Shown: positions 8,534-18,844, numbered from the whole stretch's first letter. The stretch: DNA of 44,910 nt, filler included, from an uncultured virus (IMG/VR IMGVR_UViG_2049941000_000876) (5 parts of one record of this genome joined end to end with filler, not necessarily neighbours in it); one strand, 5' to 3'. Made by a program: numbers and translations. The notes: a model not told the origin generated them from the letters alone.

Positions 8534-8999
8534 GTTTGAGATTGATATAGGTCAAGCTGATTTATATACCGGATATCAATATTCTTATCCTTATTTCTTT
8601 GAACACGCCGGTAAAAAGATGATGAAGAATATGGGTGTTGATACCATTGATTTTAAGACATGGACTGGCGAGTATTTCCAATGTTCTTTAGATATGTTTC
8701 ATAATCATACCTGCCTACTTATCACCTCTACTCTTGAAGATTGTGTTTTCTTTCCCGCAAAAGCTCTTAGTCTTGATAAAGCTAAAGACAGAGCGCAAAA
8801 AGGTATTGATAATAAACAAACCATTAAAGGCTCATTTAGTGGATATTCCACTTGGGGACAGAAATACCTCAAACAGATTGAATTGTTTGAAAAACACCTT
8901 GATGACCAAAAGATATTCTTTTCAGAAGATACCTTAGTAAAGATTTTTAAAGAATTGACCAGGAGGGCTAAAGAATATGAACGAAGCGCAAGTACCTGA
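8505..8999 (+). CDS. Phage hypothetical protein
   Basis: AAGGAGGT RBS; overlaps neighbours. Confidence 0.75.
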   Translation: MMNLEQPTDKFEIDIGQADLYTGYQYSYPYFFEHAGKKMMKNMGVDTIDFKTWTGEYFQCSLDMFHNHTCLLITSTLEDCVFFPAKALSLDKAKDRAQKGIDNKQTIKGSFSGYSTWGQKYLKQIELFEKHLDDQKIFFSEDTLVKIFKELTRRAKEYERSAST

Positions 9000-9468
9000 T
9001 GTTGCAGGAGAAATTCTTAGAGAAGATATCATCACCACAACACTGACTACCTATAATGGACAGAGACTTTCACCAAAAGAGGACAGATTTATCAGTCTGT
9101 TCATTAAGTACGGAGATGCCACTAAAGCGGCAGAAGAAGCTGGTTATACTATCAGAGCAGAAAGAAAGAATAAAGAGCTACAATATGCCAAAAAGGGCAA
9201 AGAACTACTCAGTAAGGATTATATCAAAGATGAGATTGCTCATCGTTCTGAGGTCATCAGAACAAGAGATATTGCTGATGCCACAGAAGTTATGATTTAT
9301 CTGTCAAAAGTAATGCGTGGAGAGATTAAAGACCAATTTGGTCTTGAAGCACCACTGTCTGAAAGAACTGCAGCCGCTAAAGAACTGAACAGAAGGTTTG
9401 GCGAGATGGAAAAAGCTACAGATGGTGCCGCTGGTAAAGAAGTGCATTTAGTGTTAAGAAGGGAGTGA
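8977..9468 (+). CDS. terS: Terminase small subunit
   Basis: HTH LSPKEDRF...DATKAAEEAGY; ADATEVMIYLSKVMRGE..DQFGL..ERTAAAKEL; immediately before terL. Confidence 0.9.
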   Translation: MNEAQVPDVAGEILREDIITTTLTTYNGQRLSPKEDRFISLFIKYGDATKAAEEAGYTIRAERKNKELQYAKKGKELLSKDYIKDEIAHRSEVIRTRDIADATEVMIYLSKVMRGEIKDQFGLEAPLSERTAAAKELNRRFGEMEKATDGAAGKEVHLVLRRE

Positions 9469-9472
9469 TTAT

Positions 9473-9909
9473 ATGAGCAGACGAAAGAAAGTAGAAAATG
9501 AAAATGAAATTGTGCTGGATGTCAATGATGCCATAGCGCCCATCTATTTTCCCATAATGGATGATATCTTAGACCATAAACACGTTCATTATGTGTGCAA
9601 GGGCGGAAGAGGAAGTCTTAAATCATCATTTATCAGTGAGATGATACCACTAATAATGATAAACAATCCTAACGTTCATGCCGTTGTTTTCAGAAAAGTC
9701 GGTAATACTATCAAGAACTCAGTTTGGGCGCAGGTAGTTTGGGGCATAGAGAAGTGGGGATTAGAGAGATTCTTTCAGATACCTAAGACTATTGCTAACC
9801 CTATAGTCTATAAACCAACAGGACAACAGATTATCTTCATGGGACTTGATGATCCTAATAAGGTAAAATCAGTAAAGTTGCCTTTTGGATATATTGGTAT
9901 CACGTGGTT
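9473..9909 (+). CDS. terL: Terminase large subunit (PBSX-like), exon 1
   Basis: Walker A KGGRGSLKS; FRKVGNTIKNSV; GLDDPNKVKS; ends ...GITW+TT. Confidence 0.93.
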
Positions 9910-10766
9910 AAACCCTATCTTCTGACCACGTTAAACTCTCTTTTATCAAGGAAACCCCTAACGTTAAGTCGAGGGCAATCTTGAGGGAAGATTCCACGAT
10001 TTGTACAAACTCAATTTATATAGTATAATTAGATAGACCAATTTATATGAAAGGAGTTTGTATTATGGAAGAGATATGGAGACCAATAGCATTTGCAGAA
10101 GGATATTTAATCAGTAACTATGGCAGAGTAAAGAGTTTACGAAAAGAGCAAGAAAGAATATTAAAACTCAGTCATACAAAAGACGGATATGTAAAATGTG
10201 GAATAACTATAAAGGGCAGTTCCTGTAGATTTAGAGTAAATCGACTTGTAGCAGAAGCATTTATACCAAATCCTGAAAATAAACCTACTGTAAATCATAT
10301 TGATGGCAATAAAGACAACAATAGAGCAGATAATCTTGAATGGGCTACAAAAAGTGAACAGATGAAACACGCTTATAAAATGGGGTTGAAGAAGCCTATG
10401 AGAGGAACATTACAACCTCGTTCTCGATTATCTGAAACTGACATTAAGTGGATAAGGGAGCATTACAAAGCACATGATAAAGAATTTGGAATGAACGCTT
10501 TGGCTGAAAAGTTTAATGTTAGTAGCTGTTGTATCAAAAGAGCTGTTAAGGGAACAACATATCAGAATGTGGAATAACCTGCAACGACTATCGAAAGCAT
10601 ACTATAAGAGAAATATTTATAGGAAGAAGCGAGTAGAGTACACTTCAAGCGAAGTGGAAATGGAGAGATTTCAATACTTGGTTGTAGAGTATTGATTTAT
10701 GAAATAGTCTGAACATCATGGAAACATGGTGAGATTGTACGGAAGCGGTACAGTCGTAACAAAATG
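9910..10766 (+). ncRNA. Group I self-splicing intron in terL (IA-like)
   Basis: P1 ACGTGGTT/GACCACGT with U9909-G9924 wobble; P4 TCAAG/CTTGA; P6 ATTCCAC/GTGGAAT around the ORF; P7 GACTA(10586)/TAGTC(10705); P9 CATCATG-GAAA-CATGGTG; terminal G10766. Splicing restores Walker B WFEELD. Confidence 0.92.
10065..10577 (+). CDS. Intron-encoded NUMOD4-HNH homing endonuclease
   Basis: EEIWRPI..YLISNYGRVKS (NUMOD4); RLVAEAFIPNPENKPTVNHIDGNKDNNRADNLEW (HNH); C-terminal HTH; AAGGAG RBS. Confidence 0.92.
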   Translation: MEEIWRPIAFAEGYLISNYGRVKSLRKEQERILKLSHTKDGYVKCGITIKGSSCRFRVNRLVAEAFIPNPENKPTVNHIDGNKDNNRADNLEWATKSEQMKHAYKMGLKKPMRGTLQPRSRLSETDIKWIREHYKAHDKEFGMNALAEKFNVSSCCIKRAVKGTTYQNVE

Positions 10767-11619
10767 TGAAGAGTTAGACCAATTCTCTGGTGAAAAAGAG
10801 ATTCGTAAAGTATTGCAGTCAACAATGCGTGGTGGTACATTATTCTGGGACTTTCGTTCATTCAACCCACCTATATCTAATCTTAACTGGGCTAATCAAT
10901 ATGCCGCAGATGCTCTTAGTAGAGTAAATACACTGGTCATGCAGAGTGATTACACGCAAGTACCTAGTGCATGGCTCGGACAAGCGTTTATAGATGAGGC
11001 TGAGGATTTAAAAGAGACTAATCCCAAAGCATATGAGCATGAATACTTAGGCAGACCTGTTGGTACGGGTGGAAATGTATTTGAGAATGTAGAGCCTATG
11101 TATATGAATGATGCGTTTATCAACTCTTTTGAACATATATTTTTTGGTTTGGACTTTGGATGGTATCCAGATCCAGCTCATTTTACAGGTGTAGCAGTCG
11201 ATATTAGTAGGCGAAATATTTACATCTTTAGAGAGTTTAGGTCAACAAAATTGCCTAATAGACAGTTATTCGACAAATTATATAATGAGTTAAAATATGT
11301 TCGTCCGGATGATATTGTTACTTGTGATAGTGCAGAACCCAAGTCTATATCTGATTTAAAAAGCTATGGCGGATATGGTTGCAGAGGGGCAAAGAAAGGT
11401 CCTGATAGCTTAGATTACTCAATGAAGTGGTTACAATCTCTTAGACACATTTATATTGATCCTAAAAGATGTCCAGCTACATATAAAGAGTTTATCGAAT
11501 ATGAGTATGAGCGAGACAAGGAAGATGAAGTTATCAGTGGCTATCCAGATAAAAATGACCATGCAATAGCGGCTTGCAGATATGCACTAGAGAGATATTA
11601 TAGTAGAAGAGGTCAATAA
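10767..11619 (+). CDS. terL: Terminase large subunit, exon 2 (nuclease domain, allele A)
   Basis: EELDQF, SFNPP, GLDFGWYPDP, CDSAEPKSI, YPDKNDHAIAACRYA. Confidence 0.93.
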
Positions 11620-11625
11620 TTTTAC

Positions 11626-11680
11626 TTGACTTTATGCACTAGGCTCGATACACTAACCTTATAAAGGAGGTTAGTGTATG
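11626..11680 (+). promoter_or_regulatory. Promoter plus RBS-sequestering hairpin of HNH gene A
   Basis: TTGACT-17-TACACT; inverted repeat 11648-11659/11668-11679. Confidence 0.7.
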
Positions 11681-11934
11681 CGAGAATATCCAAGACCAAA
11701 CAAAGAACTAATTGAAAGCGCACCCGATGTAGTTACATTTAATGGTGTAGATTATTATAAAGATTCGACAGGACGATATAGAAATAAAAAACATCATTAT
11801 TTAGCTAGAGACATATGGGAATATTACAATGGACCTATACCAAAGAATTATCACATACATCATATAGATAGAAATACTACAAATAATGATTTAGCTAATT
11901 TGATGTGTGTATCTGAGGAAGAGCATATCAAAAT
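11678..11934 (+). CDS. Free-standing HNH endonuclease, allele A (partial)
   Basis: GPIPKNYHIHHIDRNTTNNDLANL. Confidence 0.85.
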
Positions 11935-11944
11935 NNNNNNNNNN

Positions 11945-12494
11945 AAATGTAGAGCCTATGTATATGAATGATGCGTTTATTCGACAGTTTGATAGAGTAA
12001 ATGGCGGGGTGGATTGGGGCTGGTACCCGGATCCGTTTGCATTTGTTAAATGTTTTGTGGATATTAGTAGACGAAATATTTATATATTTGCTGAATTTGG
12101 TGGCACAAAGATGTCCAATAAGCAGACATTTGATAAACTTTATAATGAACTGAAATATTGTGATAGGCCATTTCTTATGCCTGATGAGATTGTTACTTGT
12201 GATAGCGCAGAACCTAAGTCTATTTCAGATTGGAAAAGCTATGGTGCGTATGGAGCAAGACCAGTGAAAAAGGAGCCAGATAGTGTAAACTACTCCATGA
12301 AGTGGTTACAGTCAATGAAGCATATTTACATTGACCCAAAACGCTGTCCTAATACATATAAAGAATTTATTGAATACGAATATGAGAGGGATAGGGAAGA
12401 CGAAGTAATAAGTGGATATCCCGACAAAAACAATCATTACATAGATGCCTGCAGATATAGTACCAGTCATTATTGGCGTAGACGGGGTCAATAA
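11945..12494 (+). CDS. terL: Alternative terL C-terminus (allele B)
   Basis: Shares NVEPMYMNDAFI with allele A, then diverges (GVDWGWYPDP...NNHYIDACRY). Confidence 0.88.
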
Positions 12495-12497
12495 TTA

Positions 12498-12554
12498 TTG
12501 ACATTTTATTTTAAGGACGATACACTAATCTAAAAAGGAGGTTAGTGTATCGTG
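12498..12554 (+). promoter_or_regulatory. Promoter plus RBS-sequestering hairpin of HNH gene B
   Basis: TTGACA-17-TACACT; stem 12517-12531/12539-12553. Confidence 0.7.
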
Positions 12555-13238
12555 TCTAATTATCCAAGACCTAATAAGGAGCTTATTGAGCAGGCTCCGA
12601 GTAAAATAACTTATAATGGAAAAGTCTATAGAAAGGACAACTGCGGATATTATAAATCATATCCAGATTCTGTATCATTACACAGAGTTATATGGGAAGA
12701 AAAGTATGGCCCCATACCAGAAGGCTATCAGATACATCATATAGATAGGAATCCTACAAATAATGATGTTTCCAATTTAATGTGTATTTCAGTAGATGAA
12801 CATATTGAAATACACAAGAAAATTTTGACACAGGAAGAAAGAGATTGGTCAAGGGAAAATCTTATAAACAATGCAAATCCAGCATCTAAGGCTTGGCATA
12901 GAAGTGAAGAAGGTAGACAGTGGCACAGAGAACACGCTCTACAAAATAGAGCTAATGGATGTTATCACAAAGAGTTGATATGTTCATTTTGTGGCAAACA
13001 TTATATAGGTGAGCCGTATAGTAATAACGGAAATCATTTTTGTAGTAATAAATGTAAAGTTGCGTATCGTAGGGCTTCAGGTATTGATGATGAGCCACGA
13101 GTTTGTGAGTGTTGCGGTAAAACTTTTATGGCAAATAAAAGAAAAGGGGTAAAAACTTGTTCAAAAGAATGTAGATACAAAATGGTATCTAAACGCTTAT
13201 CAGAGAGAGCTAATAATGTTGAACAATGGAAGGTATAA
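12552..13238 (+). CDS. Free-standing HNH endonuclease with C-terminal CxxC zinc ribbons, allele B
   Basis: LHRVIWE..GPIPEGYQIHHIDRNPTNN; CSFCG..FCSNKC; CECCG..TCSKEC. Confidence 0.9.
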   Translation: MSNYPRPNKELIEQAPSKITYNGKVYRKDNCGYYKSYPDSVSLHRVIWEEKYGPIPEGYQIHHIDRNPTNNDVSNLMCISVDEHIEIHKKILTQEERDWSRENLINNANPASKAWHRSEEGRQWHREHALQNRANGCYHKELICSFCGKHYIGEPYSNNGNHFCSNKCKVAYRRASGIDDEPRVCECCGKTFMANKRKGVKTCSKECRYKMVSKRLSERANNVEQWKV

Positions 13239-13247
13239 TGATATACT
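13219..13247 (+). promoter_or_regulatory. Promoter upstream of portal
   Basis: TTGAAC-17-TATACT with TG extension. Confidence 0.5.
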
Positions 13248-13283
13248 ACATATAAAGAAGGTCATTTATAAGGAGAGTGTAAA

Positions 13284-15095
13284 ATGAGCTTATGGGATAT
13301 GATAAAGAAGGGAGTTAATCGTATGTTAGGGCGTGAAGTGATATCAGAAGTGTTATCAGTTAAACCAGCCATGTCAACAGATATGATAAATAACATTCAG
13401 TTGTGGTCTGAAATGTATGAAGGACGAGCACCTTGGTTAAAAACACCAGATGCTTCAATGGGAAAGTTTGAACGAGTGGTTTCCTTAGGACTTCCCGCTC
13501 TTATAGCTAGTGAGAAAGCTAGAATGGCTACACTTGAAATGGAGAGTGAGATTACTCCTCCGATGAAAGATGTAGAAAAAGCAAATCCTGACTACGAGCC
13601 TCCGTCAGTTGATGAAAATGGACAGGTAAGTATGGGCAGAGAATCAATGGTCATAACTGAGCCTGAGCCTGATGGTCCTGTTGAAAGAGCTGTCTTTATG
13701 AACAAGCATTATCAAAAGCTCCTTAAACAGATTCGTAGACAGGCTGAATACGGTATAGCAAAGGGTGGATTAGTAATAAAGCCTTATCCTGTTATATATA
13801 AAAATGGTTCAGCAACCGTGGTTGATAAGACTAAAGAAGAGGCTGAAAGACTTTCATCAGAAAAGCCACTTGACAAATATAGTATCGAATTTGATTATGT
13901 TCAGGCTGATAGATTCTATCCTCTATCTTTTGATAGTAATGGAAAGCTTACAGAAGTAGCATTTCTTGCCACTCATGTTGATAATAAGAAAGTATATACA
14001 AGAGTTGAGCACCACAAGTTAGTAGACAGAGTGCTTACCATACACAACTATGCTTTTGTAAAAGATGACTCAACTGGAGTGATGAGAGGCATAATTAAGA
14101 ATACTAATGATTTGGGTAAGCCTTGTTCATTATCAGAAGTAGCAGAGTGGTCTAATATGGAAGAGTTTGCCACAGTGACAGATGTAGATAGACTTTTGTT
14201 TGGTTACTTTAAGATGCCTGAAGCAAATACTATTGACCCCTACTCCCCTCTTGGAGTATCAGCTTACAGCAGAGTTGTATCACTCATCAAGGATGCTGAT
14301 GAACAGTATTCAAGAATGTTGTGGGAGTTTGAGGGTGGTGAGCTTGCTATTGATGTTGACAGAAACGCTCTTAATATAGAAGAATATCACAATGGAGCAC
14401 ATCAAACAGTAATGCCATCTAAACAGCAGAGATTGTTTAGAAAAGTTGACCTTAACAGTGAAGAAACTTATCAAGTATTCTCGCCCACATTAAGAGATGA
14501 TTCTTTAGCACATGGTCTTAATATTATACTTACAAGAATCGAAGATATCGTTGGATTCAGTAGAGGAACACTTTCAGAGGATGTTGGTGTAGCTATTAAG
14601 ACAGCTACAGAGCTTAAAATCAATAAACAGAGAAGTTATGCTACAAATAGAGATATCCAATTAGCGTTGGAAGACGCCTTAAGAGACACAGTTTATGCAA
14701 TGGATGTATATTGCAGAATTTATAAAATGACGCCTCCTGGCGAATACCAGATGTCGTTTGAGTGGGATGATTCTATTATAGTAGATACTGAGGTAGAGCT
14801 TGAAAAGAGAATGTCCATGATAAATGCTGGTATCACATCTAAACTTGAAACAAGAATGTGGTATTTTGGTGAGACTGAGAATCAGGCCAAGGCTGCATTA
14901 CAGAAAGTAGAAGATGAAAAGAAGCAGAGCATGGAAACAAACATCCAAGCACAGGCCCAGCTTGGAGATGTAGCTCAAGGCAGAGATTTTTCTGGAGATA
15001 ACAATAATCCAGATACAGAAGATGAAGGTAAAGCAAAGCAACAAGCCTTCAATAATGCAGAACAGGCATCAGCGAAGAAAATTGCCAAGAAATGA
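13284..15095 (+). CDS. Portal protein (A118/SPP1-like)
   Basis: Position; SPLGVSAYSR, YSRMLWEFEGG, KTATEL, FEWDDSII. Confidence 0.88.
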   Translation: MSLWDMIKKGVNRMLGREVISEVLSVKPAMSTDMINNIQLWSEMYEGRAPWLKTPDASMGKFERVVSLGLPALIASEKARMATLEMESEITPPMKDVEKANPDYEPPSVDENGQVSMGRESMVITEPEPDGPVERAVFMNKHYQKLLKQIRRQAEYGIAKGGLVIKPYPVIYKNGSATVVDKTKEEAERLSSEKPLDKYSIEFDYVQADRFYPLSFDSNGKLTEVAFLATHVDNKKVYTRVEHHKLVDRVLTIHNYAFVKDDSTGVMRGIIKNTNDLGKPCSLSEVAEWSNMEEFATVTDVDRLLFGYFKMPEANTIDPYSPLGVSAYSRVVSLIKDADEQYSRMLWEFEGGELAIDVDRNALNIEEYHNGAHQTVMPSKQQRLFRKVDLNSEETYQVFSPTLRDDSLAHGLNIILTRIEDIVGFSRGTLSEDVGVAIKTATELKINKQRSYATNRDIQLALEDALRDTVYAMDVYCRIYKMTPPGEYQMSFEWDDSIIVDTEVELEKRMSMINAGITSKLETRMWYFGETENQAKAALQKVEDEKKQSMETNIQAQAQLGDVAQGRDFSGDNNNPDTEDEGKAKQQAFNNAEQASAKKIAKK

Positions 15096-15350
15096 TTTAC
15101 AAGGCAGAAAATATGTTCTATAATAATTTTAGGGTGAGATGTTGATTTGGTCATAATTATGCCCCACTACTATGTAGGGTGCCAGGGATGGTGCCCTACC
15201 TCTAGTACAGATATAGATAATAAACCCGATATGGGATTATTAAATAAAAGTCAATGCGGTGAGACATTTAAAGTACCCGTACATTCCAGTGTAGAAAGTG
15301 ACTACACATTTAAACAAGAAACTGATTCAAGAATGTGAAAGGAGAATTTT
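15096..15350 (+). promoter_or_regulatory. Promoter and structured 5' leader of scaffold/capsid genes
   Basis: TTTACA-17-TATAAT (15096-15124); several hairpins, one with a GGGA tetraloop. Confidence 0.55.
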
Positions 15351-16031
15351 ATGTTACTGAAAGAGATTTTTGACAAGGCCACATCCGAAAACAAGTCTCT
15401 AACCTGGGAGGAGTTTGAGACCCTTGCTAAAGAAGCCAAGGCAAAGTTTACAGATTTATCAGAAGGTAAGTATGTAGACAGACAGAAGTATGAGGACGAC
15501 CTCGCCAAGAAAGATGTAGAGATTACAACTCTTAATGACACAATCACCAACAGAAATACAGACCTAGAGCAGTTAAAAACACAACTTGCAGATGCAGGTA
15601 GTGATGCTGGAAAGTTAGAGGAGCTTACATCAAATCTAACAGCACTCCAGAGCAAGTATGATGCTGACACCGCAGCCTTACAGACTAAGCTATCCGCACA
15701 GGCTTATGAATTTGCTGTACGTGATTTTGCAGGTAAACAGAAATTCTCTAGTGAAGCGGCTAGAAGAGATTTTACTCGCTCAATGATAGAAAAGAACCTT
15801 CCTATGGAAGGAAATGCAATAATGGGTGCAGATGATTACATCAAGGCTTATGCTAAAGCTAATTCAGATGCTTTCATCAAAGAAGCACCTCCCGCTCCAA
15901 AGACACCAGACCCTCAGTTGATTGTGGGTTCAGCTAATGGTAATAATGGTCAGAGCGGAAACAAATTGTCTTTATCTGATATGATGAAGGCTAAAAATGA
16001 AAATCCTGATTTTGTAGTAAGTTTTGACTAA
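15351..16031 (+). CDS. Capsid scaffolding protein (GP20-like)
   Basis: Coiled coil between portal and capsid; GKYVDRQKY motif; AAAGGAG RBS. Confidence 0.8.
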   Translation: MLLKEIFDKATSENKSLTWEEFETLAKEAKAKFTDLSEGKYVDRQKYEDDLAKKDVEITTLNDTITNRNTDLEQLKTQLADAGSDAGKLEELTSNLTALQSKYDADTAALQTKLSAQAYEFAVRDFAGKQKFSSEAARRDFTRSMIEKNLPMEGNAIMGADDYIKAYAKANSDAFIKEAPPAPKTPDPQLIVGSANGNNGQSGNKLSLSDMMKAKNENPDFVVSFD

Positions 16032-16049
16032 TAGAAAGGAGAACTAAAA

Positions 16050-17120
16050 ATGGCACTTTTTGATGCAAAACAATTTAATGGTGAAGTATTCCAGAAGTAT
16101 GTAGACAGAATACCTAACGTTCATCTTAATGCTCTTGTTGAATCTGGAGCGATTGTTCGCAGACCTGAGCTTGCTGGCTCAATGTCAGACCAGGTTGGTG
16201 GAAACTATCTTACAACCCCTTTGAAGGGACTTATCAGTGGTTCTACACCTCTTAACTATGATGGTGTTACCAACATTACATCTCAGAACACACAGACATT
16301 CTCACACAGCCGTGTTGTTATCGGACGTGCAAACGCATGGACAGAGAAGGACTTCTCCTATGACATCACTGGTGGAGTAGATTTCATGCAGAATGTAGCA
16401 GAGCAGGTTGCTGAGTACTGGGATGAGATTGACCAGGCTACTCTTGTAGCAATCCTTACTGGTGTATTCAACATGAATGATGATGCTGGTGCAGAGTTCG
16501 TTGAAACTCACACACACGATGTAACTGGTGTTACAAACAGCGAGGGTGTTCTTGGATATATGGATGCAACAACACTCAACACAGCTATGCAGAAGGCTTG
16601 CGGTGACCACAAGCAGAAGTTCAGTCTTACACTTATGCACTCCGCAGTAGCTACACATCTTGAAAATCTCAAAGTCCTTTCATACCTTAAGTACAACGAT
16701 GCTAACGGTATCGAGAGAGAACTTAACATCGGTACACTTAACGGAAGAATGGTACTTGTAGATGATGATATGCCCGTAATCGTTGAGGGTTCTGGCACAT
16801 CAGCAGTTAAGAAGTATGTATCATTCGTATTTGGTCAGGGTGCTATCGAGTATACAAACTGTGGCGCTAAGGTACCTGTTGAGATGGCAAGAGATCCTTA
16901 TAAGAATGGTGGTGAGGACACACTTGTTTCTCGTCAGAGAAAGTGCTTCGCTCCTTATGGAATCTCATTCACAAAGGCAAGCATGTCCACACTTTCACCT
17001 TCTGACAATGAGTTGAAGAATGGTGCTAACTGGGAGCTTGTTAATAGCAACCAGGGAACATCCTCAATCTACATTGCTCACAAGGCTATTCCGATTGCAA
17101 GAGTTATCTCACTTGGCTAA
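16050..17120 (+). CDS. Major capsid protein
   Basis: FDAKQFNGEVFQKYV, NYDGVTNI, MHSAVATHLE, GRMVLVDD, GGEDTLVSR, IPIARVISLG; strong codon bias. Confidence 0.92.
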   Translation: MALFDAKQFNGEVFQKYVDRIPNVHLNALVESGAIVRRPELAGSMSDQVGGNYLTTPLKGLISGSTPLNYDGVTNITSQNTQTFSHSRVVIGRANAWTEKDFSYDITGGVDFMQNVAEQVAEYWDEIDQATLVAILTGVFNMNDDAGAEFVETHTHDVTGVTNSEGVLGYMDATTLNTAMQKACGDHKQKFSLTLMHSAVATHLENLKVLSYLKYNDANGIERELNIGTLNGRMVLVDDDMPVIVEGSGTSAVKKYVSFVFGQGAIEYTNCGAKVPVEMARDPYKNGGEDTLVSRQRKCFAPYGISFTKASMSTLSPSDNELKNGANWELVNSNQGTSSIYIAHKAIPIARVISLG

Positions 17121-17152
17121 TGTAGCTTAAACTTTGAAAGGCGGTTAAATCT

Positions 17153-17599
17153 ATGTTTTTATCGTATGACGAGTATAAGGAATATGGCGGAACACTAGAT
17201 GAGACCGCCTTCAATGATTTAGAGTTTGATGCAGAAAGTACGATAAACTGGTACACATTTAACAGGTTACAAAGACCAGAATGGTCAGAAGCACTGAACA
17301 CGGACGGGTTGAAGCGTTGTGTGTACCAGCTTATCAGACTTAAACAGATGAAAGATGCTCTACTTGCATCAAGTGGTGGTGGATTTGGAGCAGGTGTAGG
17401 CTGGACAAAAGAAGCAGGTATAACACAAGAATCGAATGATGGTGTATCTGTTAGTTATAATACTTTAAGTTCTGGTGAGCTTATGGGATTTGTAAATGGT
17501 GGAAAGACTAAAGAAGATTTAATTGAGAAATATCTAGGTTGTATTATCAATGACTTAGGTAGGAAACTTCTCTACCGAGGAATATATCCCGGAGAATAA
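17153..17599 (+). CDS. Head-tail adaptor/connector
   Basis: FLSYDEYKEYGG...TFNRL...ESNDGVSVSY...LLYRG after capsid. Confidence 0.8.
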   Translation: MFLSYDEYKEYGGTLDETAFNDLEFDAESTINWYTFNRLQRPEWSEALNTDGLKRCVYQLIRLKQMKDALLASSGGGFGAGVGWTKEAGITQESNDGVSVSYNTLSSGELMGFVNGGKTKEDLIEKYLGCIINDLGRKLLYRGIYPGE

Positions 17600-17611
17600 G
17601 GGAGAAAAATT

Positions 17612-17634
17612 ATGATTGGATATATCTTTAAAGC
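17612..17634 (+). CDS. N-terminus of degenerate GIY-YIG-like protein (continues at 25649)
   Basis: GGGAG RBS; MIGYIFK+GC joins C at 25649 to read AENTVTKKIYIG. Confidence 0.7.
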
Positions 17635-17644
17635 NNNNNNNNNN

Positions 17645-18266
17645 GGCATCTGCTTGTCATAAGAATGGTTTTCCCATGGTTCCAGAAGTTTGCATCTACT
17701 TTAGCGGGAAATTATTGAGAGGAAATAGGGCAACAAAACAAAGTGCTGATGGCTTCAATGCATTCGACTCATTCAATTATCCGTATTTGTGTGACGCAGG
17801 AGTATCGTTTACATTCCATGAACATCATATTTTAACCCCCGATTACTCACGTCCAATGATTCCTCATACACTCATGGATTCCAATGTCGTAGTTTTCTCG
17901 CTTTTCCCAGGGATTCAGGAAAACATAGTCCATCATGTTCTCATGGCTCCAGAATTACGAGGAATTATCATGAGAAGTTTCGGAAACGGAAATGCTCCAC
18001 AATACAAATGGCTTATTAAGTTACTGAAAGATGCTACGTTGAGAGGCGTAACCATTGTTGATATCAGTCAATGTGTGAGAGGAAGTGTGGAAATGTCTCG
18101 CTATGACACGGGCTATCAACTCAAAGATGCTGGAGTTATTAGTGGCTATGATAGTACAGTAGAGGCAGCAACGACTAAATTGATGTATCTTCAAGCCAGA
18201 TATTCAGATTATCATATCATTCGCGATATGATGAATCAATCCATTGCTGGTGAAATTACCATTTAA
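17645..18266 (+). CDS. ansA: Type I L-asparaginase, C-terminal part (Bacteroidales)
   Basis: LLRGNRATK..FNAFDSFNYP, LFPGI, SFGNGNAP, ISQC, DSTVEAATTKLMYL. Confidence 0.88.
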
Positions 18267-18291
18267 TCACATTATTATATATTAAAACATT

Positions 18292-18834
18292 ATGAAAGAG
18301 TTAAAAGGAACAAAAACAGAAAAGAACTTGCAAGAAGCTTTTGCAGGTGAGAGTCAAGCACGCAACAAGTATTCTTATTGGGCAAGTAAGGCAAAGAAAG
18401 ACGGTTACCAACAAATAGCTGCCATCTTCGAAGAGACTGCTGCCAATGAGAAAGAACATGCAAAGATGTGGTTCAAACTTCTTGAAGGTGGTTCTATTAA
18501 ATCTACCACAGAAAACTTGAAAGCCGCAGCTGACGGTGAAAACTTTGAATGGACTGACATGTATGAAAGAATGGCAAAGGAAGCAGAAGAGGAAGGCTTC
18601 AACGAGATTGCCGACAAATTCCGTGCTGTTGCAGCCATCGAGAAAGCACACGAAGAGCGTTATCGCAAATTATTGAGCAACATTGAGGAAGGCTTAGTAT
18701 TCTCTCGTGAAGGTGATAGAATCTGGCAATGTCGCAATTGCGGTCATATCGTAATCGGACAAAACGCTCCAGAAATATGTCCCGTATGTGATCATCCACA
18801 AAGCTATTTCGAACTGAAAGCTGAGAATTATTAA
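18292..18834 (+). CDS. rbr: Rubrerythrin
   Basis: [38 protein letters not shown]. Confidence 0.95.
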   Translation: MKELKGTKTEKNLQEAFAGESQARNKYSYWASKAKKDGYQQIAAIFEETAANEKEHAKMWFKLLEGGSIKSTTENLKAAADGENFEWTDMYERMAKEAEEEGFNEIADKFRAVAAIEKAHEERYRKLLSNIEEGLVFSREGDRIWQCRNCGHIVIGQNAPEICPVCDHPQSYFELKAENY

Positions 18835-18844
18835 TAAACGACGT

